A stretch of 64,000 nucleotides of DNA, from IMG/VR virus record IMGVR_UViG_3300037466_002669, positions 174 to 64,173 of that record, one strand, 5' to 3'. A program made the position numbers and the translations under genes. Each line of letters begins with the position of its first letter. Position 1 is the first letter of the stretch. Shown here one piece after another: positions 25,398 through 35,842 of this stretch. Below the pieces are notes generated by a model that saw only the letters and a program-made list of their open reading frames with translations, was not told where the DNA came from and did not search any database. The DNA comes from a virus. Lineage: Duplodnaviria > Caudoviricetes.

Positions 25398-26211
25398 AAA
25401 AGAAACAGCCGAAAAAATTAAATCATTTGGCTTTGATGTTGATAAACTTATAGCCGCAATCAAAGATGAAGCAGAAGTAGATTACCCATTACCGGAAATA
25501 CAGGTATTTTCCGCTGCCGATCTTGCTTCCAGAGATGTCAACACGAAATCCGAAGGTGAAAAAGAGGGCTTCAAAAAAGGTAAAGAAGCTGGAATAATTG
25601 TAGCCGGCAAAGCACTTGCAAAGAAATTTAATCTCCCGGAAACTGTTGACGTAAAAGAGCCGGATAAGGTTGCAGAAGCAATCAGCACGACCGTAAGTAA
25701 AGGTGATGCCGGCCTGCAGGAGCAAATAAAACTCCTTCAAAAAGATAAAGAAACTTTACAAAGTGAGGTTGAAAATACCAAGAAAGAAAAAGAAGCCCTG
25801 GCGTTTGACACTTCTTTAATCTCTTATTTTCCTCCAAATCGGGATGCTTCTTTGGAAGATTCCGAAAGGTTAATGCTGGTTAAACATGCGCTTCAGTTTG
25901 AAGTTGTTGACGGCAAACAAGTGGTGAAAAAGAATGGTGAAATATTAAGAAATCCAACCACAAAAGACCCGCTGCCGGTGAAGGACGCGATCAGCACTTT
26001 ATTCACTGAAAGAAAATGGGTAGCGGAATCAGGTGGTGGTAGAGGCGGCCAAGATAACCCGGGTAAAAGCGCAGGCGGATTAAAGAAATTCAGCGATGTA
26101 CAGGCCCAATGGCAAAAAGATAATCCAAACTTAAATCCGATATCCCCTGAATTCACTGCTTATGTAGGTGGCATCGCAAAAGAAACAACAGATTTTGACT
26201 GGAATAATTAA
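25390..26211 (+). CDS. Capsid scaffolding protein (likely start MLKKET)
   Basis: Charged coiled coil with GGGRGG linker, upstream of capsid gene. Confidence 0.65.
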   Translation: MLKKETAEKIKSFGFDVDKLIAAIKDEAEVDYPLPEIQVFSAADLASRDVNTKSEGEKEGFKKGKEAGIIVAGKALAKKFNLPETVDVKEPDKVAEAISTTVSKGDAGLQEQIKLLQKDKETLQSEVENTKKEKEALAFDTSLISYFPPNRDASLEDSERLMLVKHALQFEVVDGKQVVKKNGEILRNPTTKDPLPVKDAISTLFTERKWVAESGGGRGGQDNPGKSAGGLKKFSDVQAQWQKDNPNLNPISPEFTAYVGGIAKETTDFDWNN

Positions 26212-26214
26212 GTT

Positions 26215-26508
26215 ATGGGGAAAGCATCTAAATTAAAGCAAATCAGAAAGGCCCCAAAAGGCTTGCCTGCACTAGAAAGAAAAACAGTTGTAGGGATTAA
26301 CGTAACCGGAGCCGAATTAATCAAAGGAGGCGTGATAACAGTTAAAGAAAAAGAAGTAGATGAAAAAGAAATGTACCACGCAAAACGAACGGTTCGTCTT
26401 CCCGTAAACCATGCACGTTCAATGAAAAAACTGTATAATAAATACGACACCAAAGGAGTTAATGGCTATATTAATGCTGTAAACGATTTTGCGGGTAAAA
26501 TAAAATAG
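26215..26508 (+). CDS. Basic hypothetical protein
   Basis: 97-aa ORF. Confidence 0.6.
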   Translation: MGKASKLKQIRKAPKGLPALERKTVVGINVTGAELIKGGVITVKEKEVDEKEMYHAKRTVRLPVNHARSMKKLYNKYDTKGVNGYINAVNDFAGKIK

Positions 26509-26537
26509 TTTTCTTGTATCTCATAAGCGATCAATCA

Positions 26538-26560
26538 CCCTTGTTTCTACAGGGGTTTTT
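26538..26560 (+). terminator. Intrinsic terminator
   Basis: cccttgt-ttct-acagggg-ttttt. Confidence 0.7.
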
Positions 26561-26572
26561 ATTGCTACAATA

Positions 26573-26608
26573 TTTAGCTAAATAATACTAAATACTTTAC
26601 TACTTTTG
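26573..26608 (+). promoter_or_regulatory. Late promoter 3 (capsid): TTTAGC-N8-ACTAAA-N8-TACTTTTG
   Basis: Direct reading. Confidence 0.75.
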
Positions 26609-26702
26609 TTCCGTTGGTTGTACCAATCTAAAGGCTGTGCCTATTTTCTCCGAGCAGTGCTCAAACTCCAAACTCTTTCTCAAAAATTAAAATATACCAA
26701 AA

Positions 26703-27773
26703 ATGGCAGATTATGCAGCATCGGTATTGGCTAAAGGTCAAACCGTAGTAACCGCAAAATACCAGACACCGGAGCAGCGCAGGAAAATTCCGACTGTAAT
26801 GGAGCTTGCAATCAAAAATCAAAAAATCTCTATCCCGAATGCGCAGGATTTGAGAGTTTCCCCTTTGCGCACAGTTGATGTAAACTTTTTAACGAATATC
26901 GCAGCCGGGTCAGCAACCGCAAAAGTCGCCGCTCATACAGGTACTTATGGCGATTCCGCTAAGATCAATGTTGTTTACGTAACACACGTAGAAACAATGA
27001 GCTTGCCACGTAAGTTAGCTTACAACAACATCAATTCATACCAGGACTTGTTTAACAACCTGTTTGAAATGAAGTGGAAGAACCTTCGCACCCGCCAGGA
27101 CACTTCCGCTTTGGCTTTCCTTTTGGCTAACCGCTGCCAGTTGGATGCAGCCGTTATTAACCCACAGATTGCACCTGCCGGTTTCTCTGACACCTCCGCA
27201 ATTGGTTCGTGGGATAACACAAATTTTGCCGGATTGATTAAGGTGGCCGAAAAAGCCAGATTTATTCAATGGGCAAAAGCATTCATGGCAGCACGGCACT
27301 TTACCGGCGCCTATGATATTGTAGCCGATCTTCAAATGGCTGCTCAGTTTGAATACCAATTGAACCAGGGCCAGGGTAATGCAGCTAATACTTCGTTCCA
27401 GTTTGGGGATGCAGGAATAGCCACTACCCAGGATTCAGTTTCTTCTTTCTATCCACAAGGTTCTGCACTTGTGATGCCACAGGGCACACTTGCAGGTTTG
27501 GTTTGGAACGAAGGGTTAAACAAAGCTGGTGTAAATGCAGGTCAAAACAGCGTAGGTAATTTGGGAACCGTTGCCGATCCATTAGGGTCTGGTGCAATTG
27601 CTGATCTCTCAATGTACACAGCAAGGGCAGATACCAGTGCCAACACTACTGGTGGTTCTACTCAGGATATTGTGGATCAGTGGGAGCTTTCATTAACTAT
27701 AGGTTATGTAACTCCACCTCTCAGTGTAGCAAGTGATTCAGTAATTCATTTATTTGGACAATCAGCAACCTAA
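26703..27773 (+). CDS. Major capsid protein
   Basis: 356 aa, follows scaffold, own promoter; synteny-based. Confidence 0.7.
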   Translation: MADYAASVLAKGQTVVTAKYQTPEQRRKIPTVMELAIKNQKISIPNAQDLRVSPLRTVDVNFLTNIAAGSATAKVAAHTGTYGDSAKINVVYVTHVETMSLPRKLAYNNINSYQDLFNNLFEMKWKNLRTRQDTSALAFLLANRCQLDAAVINPQIAPAGFSDTSAIGSWDNTNFAGLIKVAEKARFIQWAKAFMAARHFTGAYDIVADLQMAAQFEYQLNQGQGNAANTSFQFGDAGIATTQDSVSSFYPQGSALVMPQGTLAGLVWNEGLNKAGVNAGQNSVGNLGTVADPLGSGAIADLSMYTARADTSANTTGGSTQDIVDQWELSLTIGYVTPPLSVASDSVIHLFGQSAT

Positions 27774-28915
27774 TGAACCCCGTGTATAGTAACGGTTTTG
27801 AAATTCAATCAGTTCTTAGTTCTTTGACAAAAAGATTAGGATGGAGGCAGCCGACACTTGCCGGCTCGCCCGTCCTGAATGCAGATAATAAAATGTCAGT
27901 TTCAGGCAGGTACTTTCAAAGTTTTCACTCACTGGTAACAATTGCAAAAATTAAAGACGTTTGCGAAGATAAAGATATAAGTGATGCTGACTTTAATACT
28001 TACCTGACTAATCTTCAGCAGGATGCCATAATGAGGTGCCTTAATGAAGTTTTCAGGGAGCCGGAACTAATAGAACAAAAACTATTATATACACGGTTTG
28101 CGACAATGGACCAGCCGGTAGGTAATTCAGGACTTTTTACAGGGTACATCATTAACGTGGCAAATGACTTTGGAATTTCTACTCAGATTAGTTCAGCTAC
28201 TCTTTATTTTGACCAGGATTGCTCCTTTAACCTTTATTTGTTTCAGGACGGCGTCAAAGCTCCTTTACAGACAATACCGGTTTCATGTGTAGCTTTTCAA
28301 AGAACGGTAAAAGAGTTTGATAACCTTGTACTCAATTTCAAGACAGGCCAAAAGTATTATTTCGGTTATTTTCAATCAGAACTTGGAGCGGCACGGGCCA
28401 TAAGAGAACAGGTTGAAACTTGGGCAACTACCCGCTGTTTTGAGGCTTTTGTTTTCCAGGCACCAGCTATAGATAATAATACCGATTTTGATCACAATCT
28501 CAGACAATACGGTTTTCTTCCTTACGGGTTAAATCTTGAGATGATCTCCTTTAAAGATCATACCCAAAAGATTTTAAGGAAAGCAAACCTCTTCGATGAA
28601 GTAGTAGGATTACAGGTAGCAGCGATGGTAATTGAAGAAATAGTAATGACCACCCGCACCAATAAGGACGAAAGGCAAATCGGGGAGATAGCCGGTAAGA
28701 TTTATGCCGAACTTAATCAGGCTTACGCAACGGAAACGGTTCCTATCATGCCGGGTTTAAAAAGTCGCATAGCAGGTGAATTAAAAAGGTTGAGATCAAC
28801 GTTCTTTCCGGAACAAAAGCCCATGTCAATCAGTATGGAGGCTGACAGTTTAGGAATAGAATCGAGCTGGTACAAACAAAATTATCGTCAACTTACTAAC
28901 CCGCCAATACAATGA
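27773..28915 (+). CDS. Head completion/structural protein
   Basis: Synteny. Confidence 0.5.
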   Translation: MNPVYSNGFEIQSVLSSLTKRLGWRQPTLAGSPVLNADNKMSVSGRYFQSFHSLVTIAKIKDVCEDKDISDADFNTYLTNLQQDAIMRCLNEVFREPELIEQKLLYTRFATMDQPVGNSGLFTGYIINVANDFGISTQISSATLYFDQDCSFNLYLFQDGVKAPLQTIPVSCVAFQRTVKEFDNLVLNFKTGQKYYFGYFQSELGAARAIREQVETWATTRCFEAFVFQAPAIDNNTDFDHNLRQYGFLPYGLNLEMISFKDHTQKILRKANLFDEVVGLQVAAMVIEEIVMTTRTNKDERQIGEIAGKIYAELNQAYATETVPIMPGLKSRIAGELKRLRSTFFPEQKPMSISMEADSLGIESSWYKQNYRQLTNPPIQ

Positions 28916-29466
28916 GTTTGATAATTAAAAATAACCCGGTTGGTATTGACGAAAGGATAGATATTTTACAGAAAGGATTATTTAGTTCTTTGATTAAAAA
29001 ATGGAATCTGGCAGAAAGTAAATACAACTGCTATCCAAGATGTTACCGCAATCAGACAGTTGACGGATATACCGCCGAAATGTTTACCGGCGGTACAGAC
29101 TACGAAGAACTCTATATAAATGATCAGGTTAGTATAACCAGTTTCTTTGGAATAGGACAAAATTCAAGAATTCAGGCTGATCAAGTGCAGGCAGATATTC
29201 ATTTGATCTTCTCGCTGAATTTAAATGAAATAAAGCCCGGAATTCAAAGAAACGACGAGGAAGCAAGATTAGATGTGCTGAGAGTGTTGGACACCTTCGG
29301 AGCGGCACATGGATTTTTATTACAATCACAAACAACAGGAATTGATAAGATACTCGCGGAATATCCAGGATCAAGAAAAACAATAGGACTTAAATATACG
29401 GATATGCACCCTAATCTTTGGTTCAGATTTGATCTTCAAGTTTTTTATCAACCCACTTTATGTTAA
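28912..29466 (+). CDS. Putative tail terminator/neck protein
   Basis: Synteny, size. Confidence 0.45.
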   Translation: MSLIIKNNPVGIDERIDILQKGLFSSLIKKWNLAESKYNCYPRCYRNQTVDGYTAEMFTGGTDYEELYINDQVSITSFFGIGQNSRIQADQVQADIHLIFSLNLNEIKPGIQRNDEEARLDVLRVLDTFGAAHGFLLQSQTTGIDKILAEYPGSRKTIGLKYTDMHPNLWFRFDLQVFYQPTLC

Positions 29467-29485
29467 CATTTAAAAATTAAAAACA

Positions 29486-30433
29486 ATGCTTATAAACCCT
29501 TGCGATCTAAATGTCGCACAATCCAACACCGGAATTGATTGTAGTGCTGCCATGAAGGCAAGCGCTATGATTATTGTGATGCCTCACGGCACTAAATGGA
29601 CTGACGCAGATATTACAGCAGCCGGTTCATTCACTGCTTTTTTGAATACCAAAATTTCTGCTGCTCCTGCTTTACGCTGGTATCCTATTTTCGGCAATAA
29701 CGCCCCCATCGCGTCAATTACTGAGAGCAATGAATCAGACGTTTTGGAAACATTGGATGACGGCTCACAATCTTTCATCCGTTACGGGATGTACAACAGG
29801 ACTTTTTTAACTACTAAAGGTGGTTTAAGCCTTGCGTCTCACTTAATGGGTTTGAGAGGTTCTTCTTATGATTTTATCGAAGTGGATATTATCGGACAAG
29901 TTGCATCAATGCAAAATGCTGATGCATCTTATAGCGGTTTTCCTGTAAATCTGATGTATGCGCCTGCTTCTGAGCTTGCCAATCTGAAAACTACTTTTAA
30001 GAATAAATTCATGATCTCTTTCAGTCCTAAAGTTTATATCCAGCAGGGTAAAATTTTCGCCTCTGATGCTACGGAAGATATTCTTAGCGTAACAGGTTTG
30101 AAAGATACTCAGGTCACAGCTGGTACCACTACTCAGACAGCCACCAATATTTTTGTAGGAGTGTCAACAGTAGGTGCAAAAACTGATCTGGTTGCTCTTT
30201 ATCCGGGCGTGTCTGGGATAGCACAAATTTCAAATTTCATTGTAAAGAAGAAATCTGATGGAACTGTAGTAACGATTTCAGCAGCAGCTATCGTGGGCGG
30301 CGAAGTTCAATTAACAGGAACCTTTACCACAGGAACCGATTACACAGTGGCATTGGCAGCACCCGCTGTAATGTCCACTAACGGAGTGCCAGGATATGAC
30401 GGAGTAATTACCGCAACTATTACAATACCATGA
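29486..30433 (+). CDS. Major tail (tube) protein with C-terminal Ig-like extension
   Basis: Synteny; Thr/Gly/Ala-rich beta C-terminus; followed by terminator. Confidence 0.6.
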   Translation: MLINPCDLNVAQSNTGIDCSAAMKASAMIIVMPHGTKWTDADITAAGSFTAFLNTKISAAPALRWYPIFGNNAPIASITESNESDVLETLDDGSQSFIRYGMYNRTFLTTKGGLSLASHLMGLRGSSYDFIEVDIIGQVASMQNADASYSGFPVNLMYAPASELANLKTTFKNKFMISFSPKVYIQQGKIFASDATEDILSVTGLKDTQVTAGTTTQTATNIFVGVSTVGAKTDLVALYPGVSGIAQISNFIVKKKSDGTVVTISAAAIVGGEVQLTGTFTTGTDYTVALAAPAVMSTNGVPGYDGVITATITIP

Positions 30434-30618
30434 TAGTTCACGGCAGTGATATTAACCTTGCAGCATTAAGTGAGGTTAAAAGTTTAGCTGACTTAAAAAA
30501 GCTCAACATATTTTCTCACCTAGCTAATGAAGATGAAGCTAATGAGAACCTATGGAAAATTCTAAAGCCGGTGAAAAAGCCGGAACCAAAACCAACTGAA
30601 GTGCCGGAAGGTAACTAA
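30430..30618 (+). CDS. Small hypothetical protein
   Basis: 62-aa coupled ORF. Confidence 0.6.
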   Translation: MIVHGSDINLAALSEVKSLADLKKLNIFSHLANEDEANENLWKILKPVKKPEPKPTEVPEGN

Positions 30619-30624
30619 AATAAG

Positions 30625-30646
30625 GCCGGGTAACACCGGCTTTTTT
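30625..30646 (+). terminator. Intrinsic terminator
   Basis: gccgg-gtaaca-ccggc-tttttt. Confidence 0.75.
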
Positions 30647-30649
30647 ATT

Positions 30650-31108
30650 ATGCTTGACTTGAAAAATTTAGAAACGATTATGAAAGGGCTTTCGTCCTTT
30701 AATGCGCATGATGAAGTAGAGCGAATTGTGGATGATAACCATGATGTAATAGTACAGCTGGAGCGCGATCAATTAAGCGAAGGAATCGATAGAGATGGCA
30801 ACGAAAGAAAAGACCATTACGCTCCCTTTACGGTAAAGATGAAAGAAATGTACGGCAAAGGACTTGGAGCCGTAACAGACCATGTAACATTCTATATGAC
30901 GGGCACGATGTATGAAAGTTTATTCTACAAGTCAGAAGGAGATGAATTTACGGTTACTTCACCGCTGGAGACTTACGATAAAATGATAGAGAGAATTGGT
31001 GAAGATGAATACGGGTTAAGCCCTGAAAAAAGACTTTATTTTGCTGAAGAGAAAGTACTCCCAAAATTTGCTGAAATATTCAAAGAAAAAACCACTTTTT
31101 TACTTTAA
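30650..31108 (+). CDS. Virion morphogenesis/tail completion-like protein
   Basis: YAPFTVKMK...TFYMTGTMYES resembles morphogenesis-family motif. Confidence 0.5.
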   Translation: MLDLKNLETIMKGLSSFNAHDEVERIVDDNHDVIVQLERDQLSEGIDRDGNERKDHYAPFTVKMKEMYGKGLGAVTDHVTFYMTGTMYESLFYKSEGDEFTVTSPLETYDKMIERIGEDEYGLSPEKRLYFAEEKVLPKFAEIFKEKTTFLL

Positions 31109-31170
31109 ATAAATTACTTTTATGATGATTATTTAAGAAGAAAAAACTTTATAAAATCAACAACTGAAAA

Positions 31171-31350
31171 ATGTCAAACAAATGCGATTGCGGTTTTAAT
31201 GGAGTTATTTTCGTAAGTAGGTATCTTGTAAAAAAGTATGGCGTGGAAGAGGCTATAAGAAAATCTATTGTAAGACGAAATTCAAAATATAAGAGTTTCA
31301 AGATAACCCTTGCCGATCCGTCTGTTTTTAATCAAGAAATAAAACTATAA
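31171..31350 (+). CDS. 59-aa hypothetical protein (not in ORF track)
   Basis: MSNKCDCGFNGVIFVSRYLVKKYG...; TAA overlaps next ATG. Confidence 0.6.
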   Translation: MSNKCDCGFNGVIFVSRYLVKKYGVEEAIRKSIVRRNSKYKSFKITLADPSVFNQEIKL

Positions 31351-31913
31351 TGGAATTACAAGATATTACAGTACGGGTTTTTATGAGATGCCTTTTCAAT
31401 AAGGATTATACAGGCGTGGATAATTGGGATGAACTCTATACAAAATATATTGATCTTTCCGGATTAGGAGAACAAGGGCAATTAAGTATCCATGTAGCAA
31501 TACATAATCTAAATGTGAGACTTTTCAGAATTACGGCTTTTCTTGAACTACATTCAAAAGTATTTGGTCTAATAGGGATGCCACACCTGGAAAAGATGGA
31601 TGACATGGCAGAATACGGACATAAACTAACTTGGGATCCTGACGAACCGGAAAAGTTTTTATCTCAACTGATCAGGATTGAGCAAAAGGAAAAAAGAAAT
31701 TACGTGGAGTTAAAGGAAATGGAAAAAGAACTGGAAGAAATGAAACAGGCAGAAGATCCAAAGACCGTAAGCGCCCGTAATTCATTTGTGATCATGCTTA
31801 ACGTACTCGGAAAAGAAGGTTATAAGATCGACAAGGATAAAACTGATATGGAGGAATTAAGCCTCATGATTAAACAACACAGCGACGACATTGCCGCACT
31901 AAACCAAAACTGA
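31350..31913 (+). CDS. Putative tail assembly chaperone
   Basis: Immediately upstream of tape measure gene. Confidence 0.45.
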   Translation: MELQDITVRVFMRCLFNKDYTGVDNWDELYTKYIDLSGLGEQGQLSIHVAIHNLNVRLFRITAFLELHSKVFGLIGMPHLEKMDDMAEYGHKLTWDPDEPEKFLSQLIRIEQKEKRNYVELKEMEKELEEMKQAEDPKTVSARNSFVIMLNVLGKEGYKIDKDKTDMEELSLMIKQHSDDIAALNQN

Positions 31914-34900
31914 TGGCGCAAAATATTGTTGATGTATCCTGGGATTTAGCCAAGTTTGACGAACAAACACAAGCTGTCCTGGCAAACATGACCAAAGTAT
32001 ATGATCTGGCAAACCAGGCAAAAGCTACAGGTATTAAACTTGGCAGCGATGGTGGTTTTACTGAACTTAAAAAAAACGTCACCGATTTCAATAAGGTACA
32101 GGAACAAAGTTTAAAGTTAACGGCTTTGCAAGAAAAAGCCGAGCAGGCCCGGATAAAAACACAAAAAGATGCAGCACTGGCAGCCAAAGCAAGGGATGCC
32201 GCCGAACAGCAACGTTTAAAAACTCAGTCGGCTCAACTTGACCTAACTAAAAAACAAACCGCTGCTGATGAGAAGGCCGCCGCCGCAAAAAAATCTGTAA
32301 ATGATATTTCGCTTATAATCCGCAATAAGGGTGACGATCCTGCCTCGGCAGAAACTACCGCTGCTTTTGAAGCTCAAAGACGTGCAGAAGCGGACGCCTC
32401 AATGGCCGCGATAGAGTACGGCAATAGTGTTAATAAATCCACCACAGCATTAAAAGAGCGTGAGGTTGTTTCTAAACAAACCAGTGCTGAAAGTATCCGT
32501 GATAAAGAAATTCAAAAACAACTTGAAAGGCAAGCGGCGCAAGAATTAAAAAACAATGTGCGCGAACAAATAGCCGCTAAGGGTTCACTCGAACAAAGGA
32601 GGGCCGCGTTAATTAGATTGAACGCTGTTTATGATCACTTGAATGCAAGCGAAAGAAATTCGCCTTATGGAGCAAGATTGCAAAAAACTATTGCAGGGGT
32701 GACTACGCAGGTAAAGGAATTGGAAGCCGCCACAGGACGAGCACAAAGAAATGTCGGTAATTACCCGAATGCATTAGAAAAGTTTGGAACTAGGGTAGAA
32801 TCTGTTTTCAGGAGACTTGCGGCCTATGTTTCTATTTTTGCAGTTTTTAATTTTTTCAAGACAGTTGTTGGTGACACATTAGAAGCAGAAAATGCATTGG
32901 TGCGTTTTAAGGCGACACTTGACAATTTAGGGAGGTCTGATGTTTTTGGCAGATTGGATTCCAAAGCGGAACAATTTACAGACCGGTTTAAATATTTGAA
33001 AAAAGAAGATGTTTTAGGCGTATTTGAGCTATTAATTAACTACGGAAAATTAACCGAAAATCAAATCACTGCTTTAATTCCTGTTATAACCAATTTCGCT
33101 GCAAAACAAAGAATCTCAATAGTTGAGGCTACACCAATTATTATTAAAGCACTTGCCGGACAGGGACGCGGATTAAAACAGTATGGAATAGATGTAAAAG
33201 ATGCTCATTCAGTTACAGAAAGGCTTGGGATGATCATGGATGATTTGGGGCCAAAAGTCGAAGGAGCTGCCGATGCATTCGGAAAAACAACACAAGGTAA
33301 AATCGCACAGACAAAAGAAGATTTTGTAAAGCTAAAAGAAGAAATTGGTAATGGATTACTTCCAACTATAAATAAATTATTAGCGGGGTTTGATAATTTA
33401 ATCAATCGCTTCCGTAATATGCACAGTGATATTGATTTGAATACAAGTGCATTTGGAAGAATGTGGGAAAAGATTCAAAACCTATTGCCGTCAAGAGGAA
33501 CCGACAGCAACGGACAAACATTACAGGAGCATTTAGATTCTGAAATGGCTCGCAAATTTGGCGGTCATCAGGTTGCTAATCCTGGCAATGGTGTTAATAC
33601 GTTTATATTACCAGATGATCTGAATCCAAATGGGAATAAAATTTTAGGCACGGGAGGAAGAGATCGGGATAAAACAAAAAAAGAACACAAGGCCGTTGTT
33701 TTAGAATCTGTGAAAAACGAGCTTGATCTTGAATTTGAGCTTTACAAAATTTCGCAACAGCATAAAATTAAATTACTTGATGAAGAGCAAAACGATACAA
33801 AAAAATCATTGGCAGAAAGAATGCTAGCTGCTGAAGATTTTACTAAAGCATCTATTGAACTTTCCGATAAAACTTATCAGCATGAAATAGCTAATGATAA
33901 GGAGAAATTAAAAATAATGGAAATTAATTTTAAGAGACTGAAAAAAGGAACTGAAAAAAATAATCTTGCTGTTGAAATAGAAAATACCGGAAAGGAAATT
34001 AAAGTTGCTCAGGCAAAACAAAATGATGAAAGACTTGCATTACAAGAAGCATTTGGTAAGAAATACCTTGAAATAGCTAAAGATACAGAAGCAGAAAGAT
34101 TAAGGATTTTAGAAAAAGCAGAAAAAGCGATTGAAAACGTACGTATAGAGCAGCATAATGCCATAGAAGCTAACAGGGCCTCAGAAAAAGCAGCACATGA
34201 TAATCTATTGCACGATAAAATAATCAGCCAGGAAAAGTATGATAAGTTAGAAAAAAAATCTATTAAGGAAAACGCTATCCTCCAAGCGCAATCTGATTTA
34301 CAGAAAGCACAAAGGATGAAAGATCTTGTTTTCACAAATTCGCGTTCTACCACTGAAGATAAAAATAACGCAGTTAATAATGTTACTACCGCTAATGCTA
34401 ATTTAATCAGTGCACAAAATACAGATGATAAAACTGATAAAGGACTTGAAAAAAGGCAAGAAATAGTAAAAGATGCACAATTGATCACTCAAACTATTGA
34501 TAGTTTGGTGGACATTGGATATCAAAAAGAAATTAACGCTATTCAGAAAATAATCGATCTTAACGAAGAGAGGAAAAACAGAGAAATTGCCAATATTAAT
34601 GCCTCGACTTTAAGCAACCAGGAGAAAGCGGCGCAAATGCTCCTTTTAGATAATACAGTCGCCGCAAATAACAAAAAATTAAAAAGAGAACAAGTTGCCG
34701 TCCAAATTAAACAGGCAAAGTTTGACCGTGATATGGCTGTTTTAGGCATTCTTGAAAATGTTGCTACTGCTAACTTCAAATTGATTGCACAAGGTGGTTT
34801 TGCTGGTATTGCCGCAGGTGTCGCAGTTGGATTACAAGCGGTATCGGCAATTGCTATGTTAATGGCCAAGCCTCTTCCTCAGATGCCGGCGTACGCCAAA

Positions 34901-35290
34901 GGAACTGATAACCACCCTGGTGGACCTGCAATAGTTGGTGAAGGGCAATATAAAGAACTTGTAACAGAGCCTGGAGGAAAATCTTTTATAGCCTCGCGGC
35001 CAATGTTATTAAACAATCTTCCGAAAGGTTCAAAAGTTACACCTTTAACTAATGAAATGATCATGGCAAGCATGACGCAAAGCGCAAATGCATCAATGGC
35101 AGAAAGAATGGTAGCAAGCAATAGTATTCAGGCAGAAGGAAACCGCGTAGAACTTACCGCAATCAAAGAGGCGGTTTATGAAACCGGACGAATGACTGCA
35201 CAGGCATTAAGAAAACAAAAAGGTGCAAACGTTGTGGTAAACGTTGATTCAAAATTTTATGCTCACATTATGAAAGTTGTGAAAGAGTGA
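31913..35290 (+). CDS. Tail tape measure protein
   Basis: 1125 aa, Ala/Lys/Glu coiled coil, hydrophobic patches, YAKGT...VGE C-terminal motif. Confidence 0.88.
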   Translation: MAQNIVDVSWDLAKFDEQTQAVLANMTKVYDLANQAKATGIKLGSDGGFTELKKNVTDFNKVQEQSLKLTALQEKAEQARIKTQKDAALAAKARDAAEQQRLKTQSAQLDLTKKQTAADEKAAAAKKSVNDISLIIRNKGDDPASAETTAAFEAQRRAEADASMAAIEYGNSVNKSTTALKEREVVSKQTSAESIRDKEIQKQLERQAAQELKNNVREQIAAKGSLEQRRAALIRLNAVYDHLNASERNSPYGARLQKTIAGVTTQVKELEAATGRAQRNVGNYPNALEKFGTRVESVFRRLAAYVSIFAVFNFFKTVVGDTLEAENALVRFKATLDNLGRSDVFGRLDSKAEQFTDRFKYLKKEDVLGVFELLINYGKLTENQITALIPVITNFAAKQRISIVEATPIIIKALAGQGRGLKQYGIDVKDAHSVTERLGMIMDDLGPKVEGAADAFGKTTQGKIAQTKEDFVKLKEEIGNGLLPTINKLLAGFDNLINRFRNMHSDIDLNTSAFGRMWEKIQNLLPSRGTDSNGQTLQEHLDSEMARKFGGHQVANPGNGVNTFILPDDLNPNGNKILGTGGRDRDKTKKEHKAVVLESVKNELDLEFELYKISQQHKIKLLDEEQNDTKKSLAERMLAAEDFTKASIELSDKTYQHEIANDKEKLKIMEINFKRLKKGTEKNNLAVEIENTGKEIKVAQAKQNDERLALQEAFGKKYLEIAKDTEAERLRILEKAEKAIENVRIEQHNAIEANRASEKAAHDNLLHDKIISQEKYDKLEKKSIKENAILQAQSDLQKAQRMKDLVFTNSRSTTEDKNNAVNNVTTANANLISAQNTDDKTDKGLEKRQEIVKDAQLITQTIDSLVDIGYQKEINAIQKIIDLNEERKNREIANINASTLSNQEKAAQMLLLDNTVAANNKKLKREQVAVQIKQAKFDRDMAVLGILENVATANFKLIAQGGFAGIAAGVAVGLQAVSAIAMLMAKPLPQMPAYAKGTDNHPGGPAIVGEGQYKELVTEPGGKSFIASRPMLLNNLPKGSKVTPLTNEMIMASMTQSANASMAERMVASNSIQAEGNRVELTAIKEAVYETGRMTAQALRKQKGANVVVNVDSKFYAHIMKVVKE

Positions 35291-35303
35291 TTATATTTGG
35301 TGT

Positions 35304-35834
35304 ATGAGAATAATAATAATAGTGTTGATTGCGCTATTTAATACCGCCTTCGCACAATTACCGGTTGATCCTGCAACACATTTAATAACCTTTACCGGTG
35401 TAATACAGGCCAATGGAACACAGGCCGAGCTTTATTCCCGTGCGAGAGAATGGTTTGCTAAGACTTATAATTCTGCTACCGATGTAATAAAAATGGACGA
35501 TAAAGATAAAATTGTAGGAAAGGCGAATATGATTGCTTATTATAAAAATTATCATTTCGGGAATATATTTTATCAGGTTTCAGTCTATTTAAAAGACGGG
35601 AAGTTTAAATATGAGATCACTGATTTTTACCATAAAGGCGAATTTGTAAACACCGGATATTCTTATACTCAAACACCGGATTTAGGACATTGCGAAGATT
35701 TGATGAATTCATCAAAAAAAAGAGATCAAAAAATATTTGAAGCCTTTTCTAAACAAATTAATGATGAAATTGAGCCGTTAATTTCCAGCCTCAAAGAAGC
35801 AATGAATAATCAGGTTGCCACCAAAGACTTTTAA
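35304..35834 (+). CDS. Secreted DUF4468-like protein (moron)
   Basis: Signal peptide with Gln+1; ELYSRAREWFAKTYNSATDVIKMDDKD...IVGKA; own TATATTTG promoter at 35292-35299. Confidence 0.65.
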   Translation: MRIIIIVLIALFNTAFAQLPVDPATHLITFTGVIQANGTQAELYSRAREWFAKTYNSATDVIKMDDKDKIVGKANMIAYYKNYHFGNIFYQVSVYLKDGKFKYEITDFYHKGEFVNTGYSYTQTPDLGHCEDLMNSSKKRDQKIFEAFSKQINDEIEPLISSLKEAMNNQVATKDF

Positions 35835-35842
35835 CTAAAAAT

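Noticed and set aside
30430-31913. Programmed -1 frameshift of tail assembly chaperones
   Set aside because: No slippery heptamer gives a sensible fusion; the gap at 31108-31350 is explained by a separate 59-aa ORF.
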